Shown here: positions 10,441 to 19,893 of the stretch, in pieces | Layout of the letters: every line of letters starts with the position of its first letter | Numbering within the stretch: the stretch's first letter is position 1 | Source: Candidatus Multivoradales bacterium | Lineage (GTDB): Bacteria > Acidobacteriota > Thermoanaerobaculia > Multivoradales > J023 | Direction: 5' to 3' | DNA: 64,000 bases | NCBI GenBank assembly: GCA_965248925.1 | Contig: CBDFLE010000005.1 | Span: 1,632,001-1,696,000, forward strand | The notes under the pieces: generated by a model | The model's database searches: none | Seen by the model: only the letters and a program-made list of their open reading frames with translations | Told to the model about the DNA's origin: nothing | Position numbers and translations under genes: made by a program

Positions 10441-13400
10441 GACCGGGGGTGTTGCTGGGTGCGGGGGCGCTTCAGGTGCTGGTTTCGGTATCCTGCGGTA
10501 TTCCTGATCCGGCGACGACCAGCCCTTCAGACCCGTCTCAAACTCAAGCAAGGGATCCTCAAACTATGGCGACCCTCGTCCCGGACCATCCGCTCAATCT
10601 GCCACTGGCTGCCGGCCAGTCGCACACCCACTTTTTCGACCTCTCAGCTGAGCACTACGCACAGATCACGGTGCAGCAAGGTGGCATCGATGTCGCCATA
10701 CGAGTCTTCGATCCGGCAGACAAGCTGCTTGCCGAAGTCGACAGCCCCAATGGGTCCTATGGCCCTGAAATCGTCTCCGAGGCCGCCAAGCTGGGTGGCC
10801 GGTACCGACTGGAAGTCTTCTCTTCCGACACCGCGGCCGAGCCCGGAGCCTATGAGATCAGCCTGAGCCTCCCCCATCCCACCACGCCGGCCGATCACCA
10901 ACAAGTCGCCGCTGAGCGCGCCTTTCACAGGGGCGAAAGCCTGAGACGCCAGGCAAAGTTTAGGGAAGCCACCGAGCACTACAAGAAATCCCTCGAAGAC
11001 TCCCTGGCCGCAAAGGATGTAGCTGGCCAGGCGATGAGTCATCTCAGGCTCGCCTGGATGTTCAGCGAGCTGCAGCAATGGCAAGAGGCCCTGAATCACG
11101 GCACGACCGCAGAGACCGGCTTTGTCGAGCTGAAGGATCGCTTTCATCAGGCAGTCGTGCTCAACTGGATCGCCCTCGCTCGTGGCTATGTGGAAGGAGT
11201 GGACGGAGCGCTGCGCGATCATCAAGCCGCTCTGAAGATATTTAGCGAAACCGAGGATCTCGAAGGTCGGGTCCAGACCCTGGAGCACCTGGGAAGGCTC
11301 TACCGGCGCAGCGGCAGGACGGAAGAAGCTTTCGTGGCCTACGAGGAAACCCTGAAGTTATGGACCCTGCTGGGCGATCTCGGCCACCAGGCCACTACCT
11401 GGTCCAATCTCGGCAATCTATACATCTTCCAGAACAAGCTTGACAGTGCCCAAGGCTGTTTCGAGAAAACGCGGACCCTGGGACGGCAGATCAACGACCG
11501 GGCCATCGAATCCCTCGCTCTGCGACGCCTTGGTGACGTGCTGGATCGCCGCCGCCGGTGGCCCGAAGCCAAGTCTCTGCTGGAGCAGTCCCTGGCCCTG
11601 CGACGGAAGCTGGAAGATCGCCGCGGTCAGGCGGTCGCGTTGAACAGCATCGGCACTGTGCTGATGAAGCTCGGCGATGGAGTCCAGGCGCAGGAGACTC
11701 TGCAAGCCGGCTTGGAAGTCTTCCGCACCCTCGAAGACACCCAAGGCCAGGCCGTTTCCCTGCTCAAGCTCGGCAGAGTGGCCGATCAAGCTGGAAAGCC
11801 GGAGGAAGCTCTTAAGCTCCACCGACAGGCGCTGGCCCTCTACCTGAAGGCCGGGGATCTTCAAGGCCAGACTTCGGCCCGCTTCGGAGCCGCCCGAGCT
11901 CTTCTATCGCAAGACCATCTGGAAGAAGCCCGGGAGCTGATCGAAGGCTCGGTCACCGCCGCTGAGCAGCTGCGCTCTCGCAGCGAGAGCCTCGAGCTGC
12001 GGGCAACCTATTTTGCTTCCAAGAGCCACTACTGGGAACTCTACATCGAGATCCTGATGGCCCTTCACGACCGCCATGCCCAGGCCGCCTACAATCTAGT
12101 GGCCTTTGAAGTCAGCGAGCGCTGGCGGGTACGCAGTTTTCTCGATCTCCTTCAAGAAGCCCAGGTCGGCATCCGCGAAGGTGCCGACACTGAGGTCCTG
12201 AAGACCGAGCGGCAGCTTCAGGAACGGCTCGATCACCTGGAGCAGAACCGGCAGGTGGAACTCGAGATCGGGGAGGCAACGTCGCGACTGAGCCTCATCG
12301 AGACAGCTCAGGAAGAGCTTCTCGACCAGCTGGATCAAGTGCATCGCCAGCTGCGCCGGCAGCAGTCGAACGCCGATGAGCTTACCCATCCGGCGATGGT
12401 TCATCTCAGCGATGTTCAGAACGAGCTGCTGGACAGCTCGTCCTTGCTGCTGGCTTACTTTCTCGGCGAGCAGCGCAGCTTTCTCTGGCTCGTAGGGTCT
12501 CAAACTTTCGAGAGCTTCGTGCTCCCCGGCCGCGAGGTCATAGAGTCCGAGGTTGTGACTCTTCGCAACAGCCTGCCGCAGGTGAGCCCTCAGGTCAAAA
12601 CCCGGCGGGAGCGAGCGAATCGCCGGCTCAGCGACATGCTGCTCGGCCCGCTAGCCGATAGGCTTGGCGACCGGCGTCTGGTAGTGGTGAGCACCGGCGA
12701 CCTCCAGTATCTACCCTTCGGCGCTCTGCGGGACCCCCAGGGCGGCCGGCCCTTGCTGGTCAGGCACGAGATCATCCATCTCCCCTCGGCGTCGGTCCTC
12801 GCCAGCCTGCGTGCCCGAAAGCGTCGGAACCGGTCCGACTCCAAGCTGCTCGCCGTGGTCGCCGCCCCGATCTTCCAATCCGCAGATCAACCCGCGGGCA
12901 GCGCTGCTCGCTCGCCGCGGCTCACCCGCGCCGCCCGAGCTCTGGGGCGCAGCGGATTCGCCCCCCTACCCCACGCCCGAGACGAGGCCAGCAGGATTCT
13001 CAACTTGGTTCCGGAGAATCTCCGCCTCGCTCTTGTCGGCTTCGACGCCAACCGCGAGAAGATCTTGAGCGGAGTGCTCGAGCCGTATCCCATTCTCCAC
13101 TTTGCCACCCATGGTCTGGCTCACCGCGGGCACCCTGAACTCTGCGGGCTGCTGCTCTCGACCGTCGACGAAAAGGGCCGGAATCAGACCGGATTCCTCG
13201 GCCTGCGGGACATCTACAGCCTCCGCCTGTCGGCAGACCTGGTGGTGTTGAGTGCCTGCGAGACTGGCCTCGGCCGCAATCTCGAAGGCGAAGGGCTGAT
13301 GGGGCTCACCCGCGGCTTCTTCTACGCCGGCAGCTCCGGGATCATCTCCAGCCTGTGGCCGGTCAGCGACCACAGCACCTCGGAACTCATGCCGCGCTTC

Positions 13401-13682
13401 TACCGCCGGCTGTTCGAAGACCAGCGCCCTCCCCCCGCCGCCCTACGAGCAGCCCAGCTTTCCATGCTCGCGGAGGAGAAGTGGAGCGAGCCCTTCCACT
13501 GGGCCGGCTTCATCTACCAGGGGGATTGGGCCGCCTCTTTTGCGGTACCTGGCGACGACCCGATCGAAATCAAAATCGTTGCCCCTCCCACTCCGGATCC
13601 GGATGATCCAACCGACGATGATTTGCCGGGACCCAAGGCCTCACCGATACCAGGCCCCAAAACCGAGGGCAGCAAGCGATGA
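10437..13682 (+). CDS. PPC-like domain - TPR repeats - CHAT protease, possibly an exported lipoprotein
   Basis: Hydrophobic N-terminus ending VSVSC (imperfect lipobox); PPC-like QQGGIDVAIRVFDP..EVDSPNGSYGPE; many TPRs; CHAT dyad LHFATHG / VVLSACETG, SLWPVSD and WAGF. Start overlaps the upstream stop (TTGA). Confidence 0.88.
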   Translation: MRPGVLLGAGALQVLVSVSCGIPDPATTSPSDPSQTQARDPQTMATLVPDHPLNLPLAAGQSHTHFFDLSAEHYAQITVQQGGIDVAIRVFDPADKLLAEVDSPNGSYGPEIVSEAAKLGGRYRLEVFSSDTAAEPGAYEISLSLPHPTTPADHQQVAAERAFHRGESLRRQAKFREATEHYKKSLEDSLAAKDVAGQAMSHLRLAWMFSELQQWQEALNHGTTAETGFVELKDRFHQAVVLNWIALARGYVEGVDGALRDHQAALKIFSETEDLEGRVQTLEHLGRLYRRSGRTEEAFVAYEETLKLWTLLGDLGHQATTWSNLGNLYIFQNKLDSAQGCFEKTRTLGRQINDRAIESLALRRLGDVLDRRRRWPEAKSLLEQSLALRRKLEDRRGQAVALNSIGTVLMKLGDGVQAQETLQAGLEVFRTLEDTQGQAVSLLKLGRVADQAGKPEEALKLHRQALALYLKAGDLQGQTSARFGAARALLSQDHLEEARELIEGSVTAAEQLRSRSESLELRATYFASKSHYWELYIEILMALHDRHAQAAYNLVAFEVSERWRVRSFLDLLQEAQVGIREGADTEVLKTERQLQERLDHLEQNRQVELEIGEATSRLSLIETAQEELLDQLDQVHRQLRRQQSNADELTHPAMVHLSDVQNELLDSSSLLLAYFLGEQRSFLWLVGSQTFESFVLPGREVIESEVVTLRNSLPQVSPQVKTRRERANRRLSDMLLGPLADRLGDRRLVVVSTGDLQYLPFGALRDPQGGRPLLVRHEIIHLPSASVLASLRARKRRNRSDSKLLAVVAAPIFQSADQPAGSAARSPRLTRAARALGRSGFAPLPHARDEASRILNLVPENLRLALVGFDANREKILSGVLEPYPILHFATHGLAHRGHPELCGLLLSTVDEKGRNQTGFLGLRDIYSLRLSADLVVLSACETGLGRNLEGEGLMGLTRGFFYAGSSGIISSLWPVSDHSTSELMPRFYRRLFEDQRPPPAALRAAQLSMLAEEKWSEPFHWAGFIYQGDWAASFAVPGDDPIEIKIVAPPTPDPDDPTDDDLPGPKASPIPGPKTEGSKR

Positions 13683-15082
13683 TCCCTCCAAAGGCACACT
13701 TCAACGGCGTTCGTCCCGACGGCAGCTATCTTCAGCCCCCCATCTCGGAGCAGGAGCTGACCGCCCGGCTGCTCGCCGAAGCACCGGATTGGCACCTACC
13801 ACCGGTACCAGACCCACGGGGCATCGACGATCCCTTCCGCAGGCCGATCTACGGCGTCGATCCGAACATACTCGAAGAATCCGGCTGGGCGGTGATCTTC
13901 CCCGCCGGGGTGGACGGCCGCATCAAGCAGGCCCTGCAAGATCTACTCGACCGGCGAGAGGAGCAGGCGGGCAAGAAAGAGGAATGGCGCTACCGAGAGT
14001 TGGTCTACTACCCCGGCGAGTCCTATACCGATTTCATGAAGCGCTACCGAGTACCCCCCGGGCTGGCCAACCCGGACAAGCTGCCCTACTACCTGCTGCT
14101 CATCGGTAGCCCGCAGCAGATCCCTTTCGAATTCCAGCTCAAGCTGGACCAGGTCTACGCAGTCGGCCGCTTGCATCTCAAAAACTTCTCCGACTTCCGG
14201 AACTACGCTCGCACCGTCGTCGCCAGCGAGCAGCGTCGCCGCCACCGCCGGACTCGCAAGATCGCTTTTTTCGGAGCCAAGAACCCGGGCGACCGGACCA
14301 CCCGACGGATCATCGAAGAGCTGCTCCAGCCACTCAGCGATCAGCTCGAGAAGAGCTTCGCTGCCCAGCGCGGACCGGCCTGGAAGCTGCGGCGTATCTT
14401 CGGCGATGAAGCCACCAAAGCCCGGCTAGAGCACCTGCTCGGGGGCGAGGAGACCCCAGCGGTGCTCTTCACCACCTGCCACGGCATGGCCTTCGACACT
14501 GGCGACGCACGCCAGCTGGACCAGCAGGGAGCCTTGCTGTGCAGCGACTGGCGCGGGGAGGGGCACGAGGTGAAGCCCGAGGACTACCTGGCCGCCAAGG
14601 ACATCCCGGACGATGCTCGGCTGGAGGGGCTCATCACCTTTCACTTCGCCTGTCATGGCGCCGGTACCCGAGCCCTCGACAGCTTTCTCAATGACCAGAG
14701 AGAGTACGACCGGCAGGCCCCTCGTTCCTTTCTCGCGCGCCTGCCCCAGCGTCTCTTGTCGCACCCCAACCGCGGTGCTCTGGCGGTCATCAGCCACGTC
14801 GATAGGGCCTGGACCTCCTCCTTCAGCTGGAACGACACCGGCCAGCCGGAGATCTTCGACTCAGCACTGCGCTGCCTGCTCGACGGCCAGCCGGTCGGCG
14901 CGGCGATGGAGTACTTCAGCCAGCTCCAAGCCGACCACGCCACCAAGCTAGACCAGCGGTGGGAAGACAGAGATCAGCTGAGCCCCAGAAGGCAAGCTCA
15001 ACTCGCTCGCCAGGTCCTCGCCAGCCGGGACGCGCGGAACTACGTCGTGCTGGGCGATCCGGCAGTACGGGTTGGAATCTAG
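13679..15082 (+). CDS. Gingipain-like (peptidase C25) cysteine peptidase without a signal peptide
   Basis: YLLLIGSPQQIPF, YAVGRL, catalytic-like TCHG and FACHGAG, GALAVISH and terminal YVVLGDP, matching C25 motif order. ATGA overlap with the upstream gene. Confidence 0.75.
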   Translation: MIPPKAHFNGVRPDGSYLQPPISEQELTARLLAEAPDWHLPPVPDPRGIDDPFRRPIYGVDPNILEESGWAVIFPAGVDGRIKQALQDLLDRREEQAGKKEEWRYRELVYYPGESYTDFMKRYRVPPGLANPDKLPYYLLLIGSPQQIPFEFQLKLDQVYAVGRLHLKNFSDFRNYARTVVASEQRRRHRRTRKIAFFGAKNPGDRTTRRIIEELLQPLSDQLEKSFAAQRGPAWKLRRIFGDEATKARLEHLLGGEETPAVLFTTCHGMAFDTGDARQLDQQGALLCSDWRGEGHEVKPEDYLAAKDIPDDARLEGLITFHFACHGAGTRALDSFLNDQREYDRQAPRSFLARLPQRLLSHPNRGALAVISHVDRAWTSSFSWNDTGQPEIFDSALRCLLDGQPVGAAMEYFSQLQADHATKLDQRWEDRDQLSPRRQAQLARQVLASRDARNYVVLGDPAVRVGI

Positions 15083-15095
15083 GGAGAGACCGACC

Positions 15096-17291
15096 ATGGC
15101 CGCAGATCTCGAGCTTCACATCCGCAGGGACGGCGCAGGCGCGGGGACGTGCCTGCATTTCGAGTTGCACTCTCCGACCGGCCTCCTCGCCTACACCCGC
15201 CACTCGATCCGGGAATCAAAGGACCTCAAGATCCGGCCCGAGATCTATCGCTCCCGCATGCTCAAGGCCATCGAGAGCTTCGATCGTGGCCGACGCCCCG
15301 ATGGGTCGCCGCTGGCACCGGGCGGCGTCGAGCAGGAACTCGGCTCTTTGGGCAACGAGCTCTATCGATCCCTGTTTCCCAAAGAGCTGAAACAAGCCTA
15401 CTGGGAGTTCCACCAGCGGGTCAGCACCTTGCAAATCGTCTCGGATGAGCCGTGGATACCCTGGGAGCTGGTCAAGCCCTTCCGCGGCGAGCAGCAAGAC
15501 GACTTCCTGTGCTACCAATTCGAGCTCACCCGCTGGCTGGCCGGAGAGAGTGCTCCAGCGGCGAACCTCGGTGCCACCGAGTTCGGCGTCGCCCGGCTGG
15601 CCTCGATCGAGGCCGGCGCACCACCCCACGAAACCCCACTCCCCCATGCCGAGCAAGAAAGCCGGCTGCTCGTCGAACTCGCCGAGCGCCACTCGGGGGT
15701 CGAGGGAGCCGTGCTTGCCAACGCCGGCTACGAGGATGTCGAGCGCACCCTGCGCCTCGGCGGCCACGGGATCCTCCACTTCGTCGGCCACGGCTGGTTC
15801 GATCCCCACGAGCTCGACCTGGCCGGCTTCTTGCTGCGCGACGGGCGCACCTTCTCGCCGCGCGATCTGAACCCCGCCATCGAGGTCCGGCTGCGGCAGG
15901 ACCGTCCGCTGATCTTCTTCGGCAGCTGTCAGGCCGCCCAACAAGACTTTGCCTTGACCCGCCTGGGGGGCTGGGTGTCGCGCTGGCTCCTCGACTGTGG
16001 TTGCGGCGCCTTTGTGGGGCCGCAGTGGAGCGTCAGAGACGCCTCGTCGCTGCTCTTCGCCGAGGCTTTCTACGCCTGCCTGGAAGAAGGCGCCACCGTA
16101 GCTCAAGCCGCGCAACGGGCGAGGAAGAAAGTGCGCCAAGAGCAACCGGACTCGACCACCTGGGCCGCCTACAGCGTCTACGCCCACCCCCAAGCCAGAT
16201 TGCGCCTGGGATTGGGGCCCACTCCCCTGCGTCTTCCCGAACTCCGCTGGCGCCCCGAAGTGTCGCCGGCCGGGGCTCTGCTGCAGGCGGAGTACGGGGT
16301 GGTACCGTTCCACGGCAGGAACAAGGAAATGCAGGATCTCGCCGACTGGTGTGCCGGCGACCCGCCGGTCCAGGTGCGGCTCTACACCGGCGCTGGCGGC
16401 ATGGGCAAGACCCGGCTGGCTTTGGAGCTTTGTCGACAGATGCGGGAGGACAGCTGGCAGGTGGGACTCCTGGCCCCTGATCCGGCCCGCTCGCCGACCG
16501 ACATCTGGCGCGACCTCGAAGCTCGGGCGCGGCCAACTCTGATCGTGGTCGACTACGCCGAGTCGCGTCGCGACCTTCTGGTGCCTCTGATGCAGCAGCT
16601 GTATCTTCTCCAAGAGGGCAAGTACCGCGTCCTGCTGCTGGCCCGCGACGCCCTCGACTGGTGGCTGCGGTTACAGCGAGAGGGCGAAGGGGTCGGCGAC
16701 CTGCTCAGCGGACCGGCGACCCGCTGGTACATGCTCAGTGCCCTCGGCGAGTCGATCGAGCAGCGGCAAGACTCCTACCGTGAAGCAGCCGAGGCATTCT
16801 CACAACACCTCGGCAAACCGGCACCGGAGGAACCCCCGGACAATCTCGATGAGAGCTTCTACGAGCGTGTTCTGCTCCTCCACATGCGGGCTCTGGCAGA
16901 TGTCGAGAGAGCTCCGATGGAGGATCGCGACGACATCCTCGACTACATCTTGCGCCGAGAACGCCGATTCTGGGAGCGGCTCGCCAAGACTCGCAACCTC
17001 CCCGAGGCCCTGGCTGAAGGCATCGGGCTGGCGATGGCGGCAATCAACCTCGGCGGCGGCGCCAACCACGAAGACCACGCCGTTGCGGTGCTAGAGAATC
17101 TCCCTTTCTTCGCCGATCAGAAACGAAGCGTGCTGGTCCAGGTGGCACGGCTGCTGCACGACAGCTATCCCGGCGAAAAGTGGATCGTGCCCCTCCTGCC
17201 GGATCTCCTCGGCGAGCACCTGACCCGGCGAGCGCTCATGTCATCAGCCAAAGACGACATCATGGCCCTGGTCAAGAGGAAGAAGAAGTAA
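15096..17291 (+). CDS. CHAT protease fused to a STAND-type P-loop NTPase
   Basis: CHAT motifs IPWE, LHFVGHG, FFGSC and WAAYSVYAHP; then PFHGR, Walker A GAGGMGKTRLA, Walker B LIVVDYAE and VLLLAR. GGGAG precedes ATG 15096. Confidence 0.85.
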   Translation: MAADLELHIRRDGAGAGTCLHFELHSPTGLLAYTRHSIRESKDLKIRPEIYRSRMLKAIESFDRGRRPDGSPLAPGGVEQELGSLGNELYRSLFPKELKQAYWEFHQRVSTLQIVSDEPWIPWELVKPFRGEQQDDFLCYQFELTRWLAGESAPAANLGATEFGVARLASIEAGAPPHETPLPHAEQESRLLVELAERHSGVEGAVLANAGYEDVERTLRLGGHGILHFVGHGWFDPHELDLAGFLLRDGRTFSPRDLNPAIEVRLRQDRPLIFFGSCQAAQQDFALTRLGGWVSRWLLDCGCGAFVGPQWSVRDASSLLFAEAFYACLEEGATVAQAAQRARKKVRQEQPDSTTWAAYSVYAHPQARLRLGLGPTPLRLPELRWRPEVSPAGALLQAEYGVVPFHGRNKEMQDLADWCAGDPPVQVRLYTGAGGMGKTRLALELCRQMREDSWQVGLLAPDPARSPTDIWRDLEARARPTLIVVDYAESRRDLLVPLMQQLYLLQEGKYRVLLLARDALDWWLRLQREGEGVGDLLSGPATRWYMLSALGESIEQRQDSYREAAEAFSQHLGKPAPEEPPDNLDESFYERVLLLHMRALADVERAPMEDRDDILDYILRRERRFWERLAKTRNLPEALAEGIGLAMAAINLGGGANHEDHAVAVLENLPFFADQKRSVLVQVARLLHDSYPGEKWIVPLLPDLLGEHLTRRALMSSAKDDIMALVKRKKK

Positions 17292-17347
17292 ACCCCGGGG
17301 CCACGAGCGCCCTCAGACCAAAGTTGAAGCGACCTGAGACCAGCCTC

Positions 17348-18777
17348 ATGCCTCTTTTCGACAATCCGCACCACACCCTCACCCACCTGACCCACATCGC
17401 CCAGAGCCTGGAACCCCAAAAGGGTTGCGAGTGGCTGCAGGCGTTCATCGCTGAGGATCTGGAAGGACTGGCTCTCTTGGTACTTGATGTAGCGGTGGAG
17501 ACAGGAGATACCATTGCAGAAGTTCTCGCCCAGTGTCTCGACGACTCCGTACCTGTCGAGCTGCTTCAAAGTCTCCTGGATCGCTGCGAGGAAGATCAAA
17601 ACCGCGAGTCCCAAGCTCTTGCCGAGCTGGGACTCCTGGTGACGCGGAAATACTTTGCGATATTGCAAACAAGATGGTCCAACCCAAGCGAAGAGCAAAA
17701 CATCGAGGCGGCCCACCTACTCAACCGACTAGGCAGCCGTTTGCACGCGTCGGGTCGAAGGCAGGAAGCTCTGGAATTAACTGAGCAAGCTGTTTCCCTG
17801 CGACGTCAGCTCGCTTCGGACCGCCCGAATTTCTTACCTGATCTCGCCGCCAGTATCGGCAACCTAGCTCACAGTCTCAGAAGCCTCGGAAGGCAAGATG
17901 AAGCACTACAAGCAGCCGGAGAGGCACTCGAATACCACCGGCAGCTGGCCGATTTCCAAACCCAAGACTTCTTGGCTGATCTTGCCGCGACGCTGGATAA
18001 CACGGGTCACATCCTGAGCGACCTCGGGCGCCTTGAAGAGGCCCTGAGCGCAAATGAAGAAGCAGTAAAATACTACCGCCAGCTCGCTACTTGGCGCAAC
18101 TTGGAGACAATCGCAAACTTGGCTGGCGCTTTAGTCAGCTTGGGCAATCGCCTCGGTGAACTCGGTCGGCCAAAAGAGGGCCTGAAGGTTCTCCACGAAG
18201 CCAACAAAATTTACAGCAGGCTGGCAGAGGGACGGCCAGACACCTATCTCCAGCACCTCGCCAGAAGCCACCACAACCTCGGCAACATGCACCGTGATAT
18301 CGGCAATCCTGACAAAGCCCTGGGGTACATCGAACAAACTCTCGTGATCCGAGAGCGACTGGCGACAGCCCGAGCAGAAGCTTTTCTCCCCGAGGCAGCA
18401 AATACACTGAACAATAGGGGCAATCTTCTCAGCGAACTCGGAAGATGGGAAGAAGCTCGTGACGACTTGAGACAGGCGGTCGGAATCTATGAGCGACTTC
18501 ATAGGTCTCTGCCCACAGCCTTCCAACCCGACCTAGCGACACTTCTGAACAACCTCGGGGAAGTTTTGCGCCACCTCGGTCGCCACCGCGAAGCTTGCGA
18601 AGTCACAGAGGATGCTATCCGCCATCACCGATCCCTGGCCGAGGTCCGTCCGAAGGCCTTCCTGCCCGACCTAGCCATGGGTATCAACAACCTCGGGAAT
18701 CACCTCGAAAACTTGGGGCGCTATCAAGAGGCTCTCGCCGCAACCCACGAGGCTGTTGCAATCCGCCGCCAGCTCGC
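17348..18777 (+). pseudogene. Tetratricopeptide-repeat protein truncated at its 3' end by IS21
   Basis: Repeats of the form PDLAxxLNNLG..L..LGR..EAL....EA...RRQLA. The pattern stops at 18777 where the IS21 terminus begins; the ORF then reads into the IS to 18916. Confidence 0.8.
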
Positions 18778-19128
18778 TGCCTATTCCGACGAAACTGACC
18801 AGCCATTCCGATCGAAACCGACCACTTGTCGGAGCGAAGCGACGCTGGCGCTCTCCTCAGTTGTAAGTGTCCACTTTCGCTGTAGCTGGAGCCCTCCTTC
18901 CGGCTCTTCTTCTTGATTGTATTCAAATAACCCGTCGTCGGGGCTGTGCGTAGCTGTGGGAAACGCAGGTTGGGGGGCAGGGGGGCGTTTTCCAAGCGGT
19001 TGTGGGAATCGCAGAGCGATTTCCACAACCGCGGCAGCTTCCACAGTCCATCTTGGGTCGGGTCCGGATCGGGCCGCAGGCCCGCTGATGGGTCAGGATC
19101 GGCGATCGCTTCAGCATGCTCTTGGATC

Positions 19129-19893
19129 TCACCTTGCCTCTCGCTGGGCGGCCTTGCGAATACCGCCGGCTCTCTTCGCCCGCATGGAGTCACCGTCCAC
19201 CGCGAGCTTGTAGGCGCCGTGGACAATGCGATCGAGGATGGCGTCGGCCAAGGTCGGATCGCCGATGACCTCGTACCAGCTCTCAACCGGTAGCTGGGAG
19301 GTCACCAGCGTGGAGCGGTTGCCGTAGCGGTCCTCAAGAATCTCGAGCAGGTCGCGCCGCTCGCTGGCCCCGATCGGCGCCAGCCCCCAGTCGTCGAGGA
19401 TGAGCAGGTCTGTGCGAGCATAGCTCTTGAGCAGCTTCTCGTAGCTACCATCACCCCGCGCGATGGCGAGCTGGCGAAACAGCCTCGGCACCCGCAGGTA
19501 CAAAGCGGTGTAACCCTCCCGACATGCCTTGTGCGCGAAGGCGCAGGCGAGAAAGGTCTTGCCCACCCCGGCCTTGCCGGTGATCAGCACGTTGAGATGC
19601 TCGGCGATCCACTGGCACGAGGCCAGGCGCAGGATCTGGCCTTTGTCCAGGCCCCTCTTGGCTCGCCAGTCGATGTCTTCGATGGCCGCCTGCTCGCGCA
19701 GCTTGGCTTTTCGCAACCGCGCTATCAAGCGGCGGCTGGATCGCTCGGTCGCTTCGCGCTCGACCAGCAGCCCGAGGCGCTCTTCGAAGGAGAGCTCTGA
19801 GACATCGACCATCGACAGCTGCTCCTCAAAGGCTTTGGCCATACCGTGGAGCTTGAGCGCGGCGAGTTGATCGAGCGTCGCGTGCCTCAGCAT
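19129..19893 (-). CDS. istB: IS21 helper ATPase IstB
   Basis: MLRHATLDQL start overlapping the istA stop (ATGCTGA); GKAGVGKT, LLILDDWG, TSQLP and ADAILDR. Confidence 0.93.
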   Translation of the reverse strand: MLRHATLDQLAALKLHGMAKAFEEQLSMVDVSELSFEERLGLLVEREATERSSRRLIARLRKAKLREQAAIEDIDWRAKRGLDKGQILRLASCQWIAEHLNVLITGKAGVGKTFLACAFAHKACREGYTALYLRVPRLFRQLAIARGDGSYEKLLKSYARTDLLILDDWGLAPIGASERRDLLEILEDRYGNRSTLVTSQLPVESWYEVIGDPTLADAILDRIVHGAYKLAVDGDSMRAKRAGGIRKAAQREAR

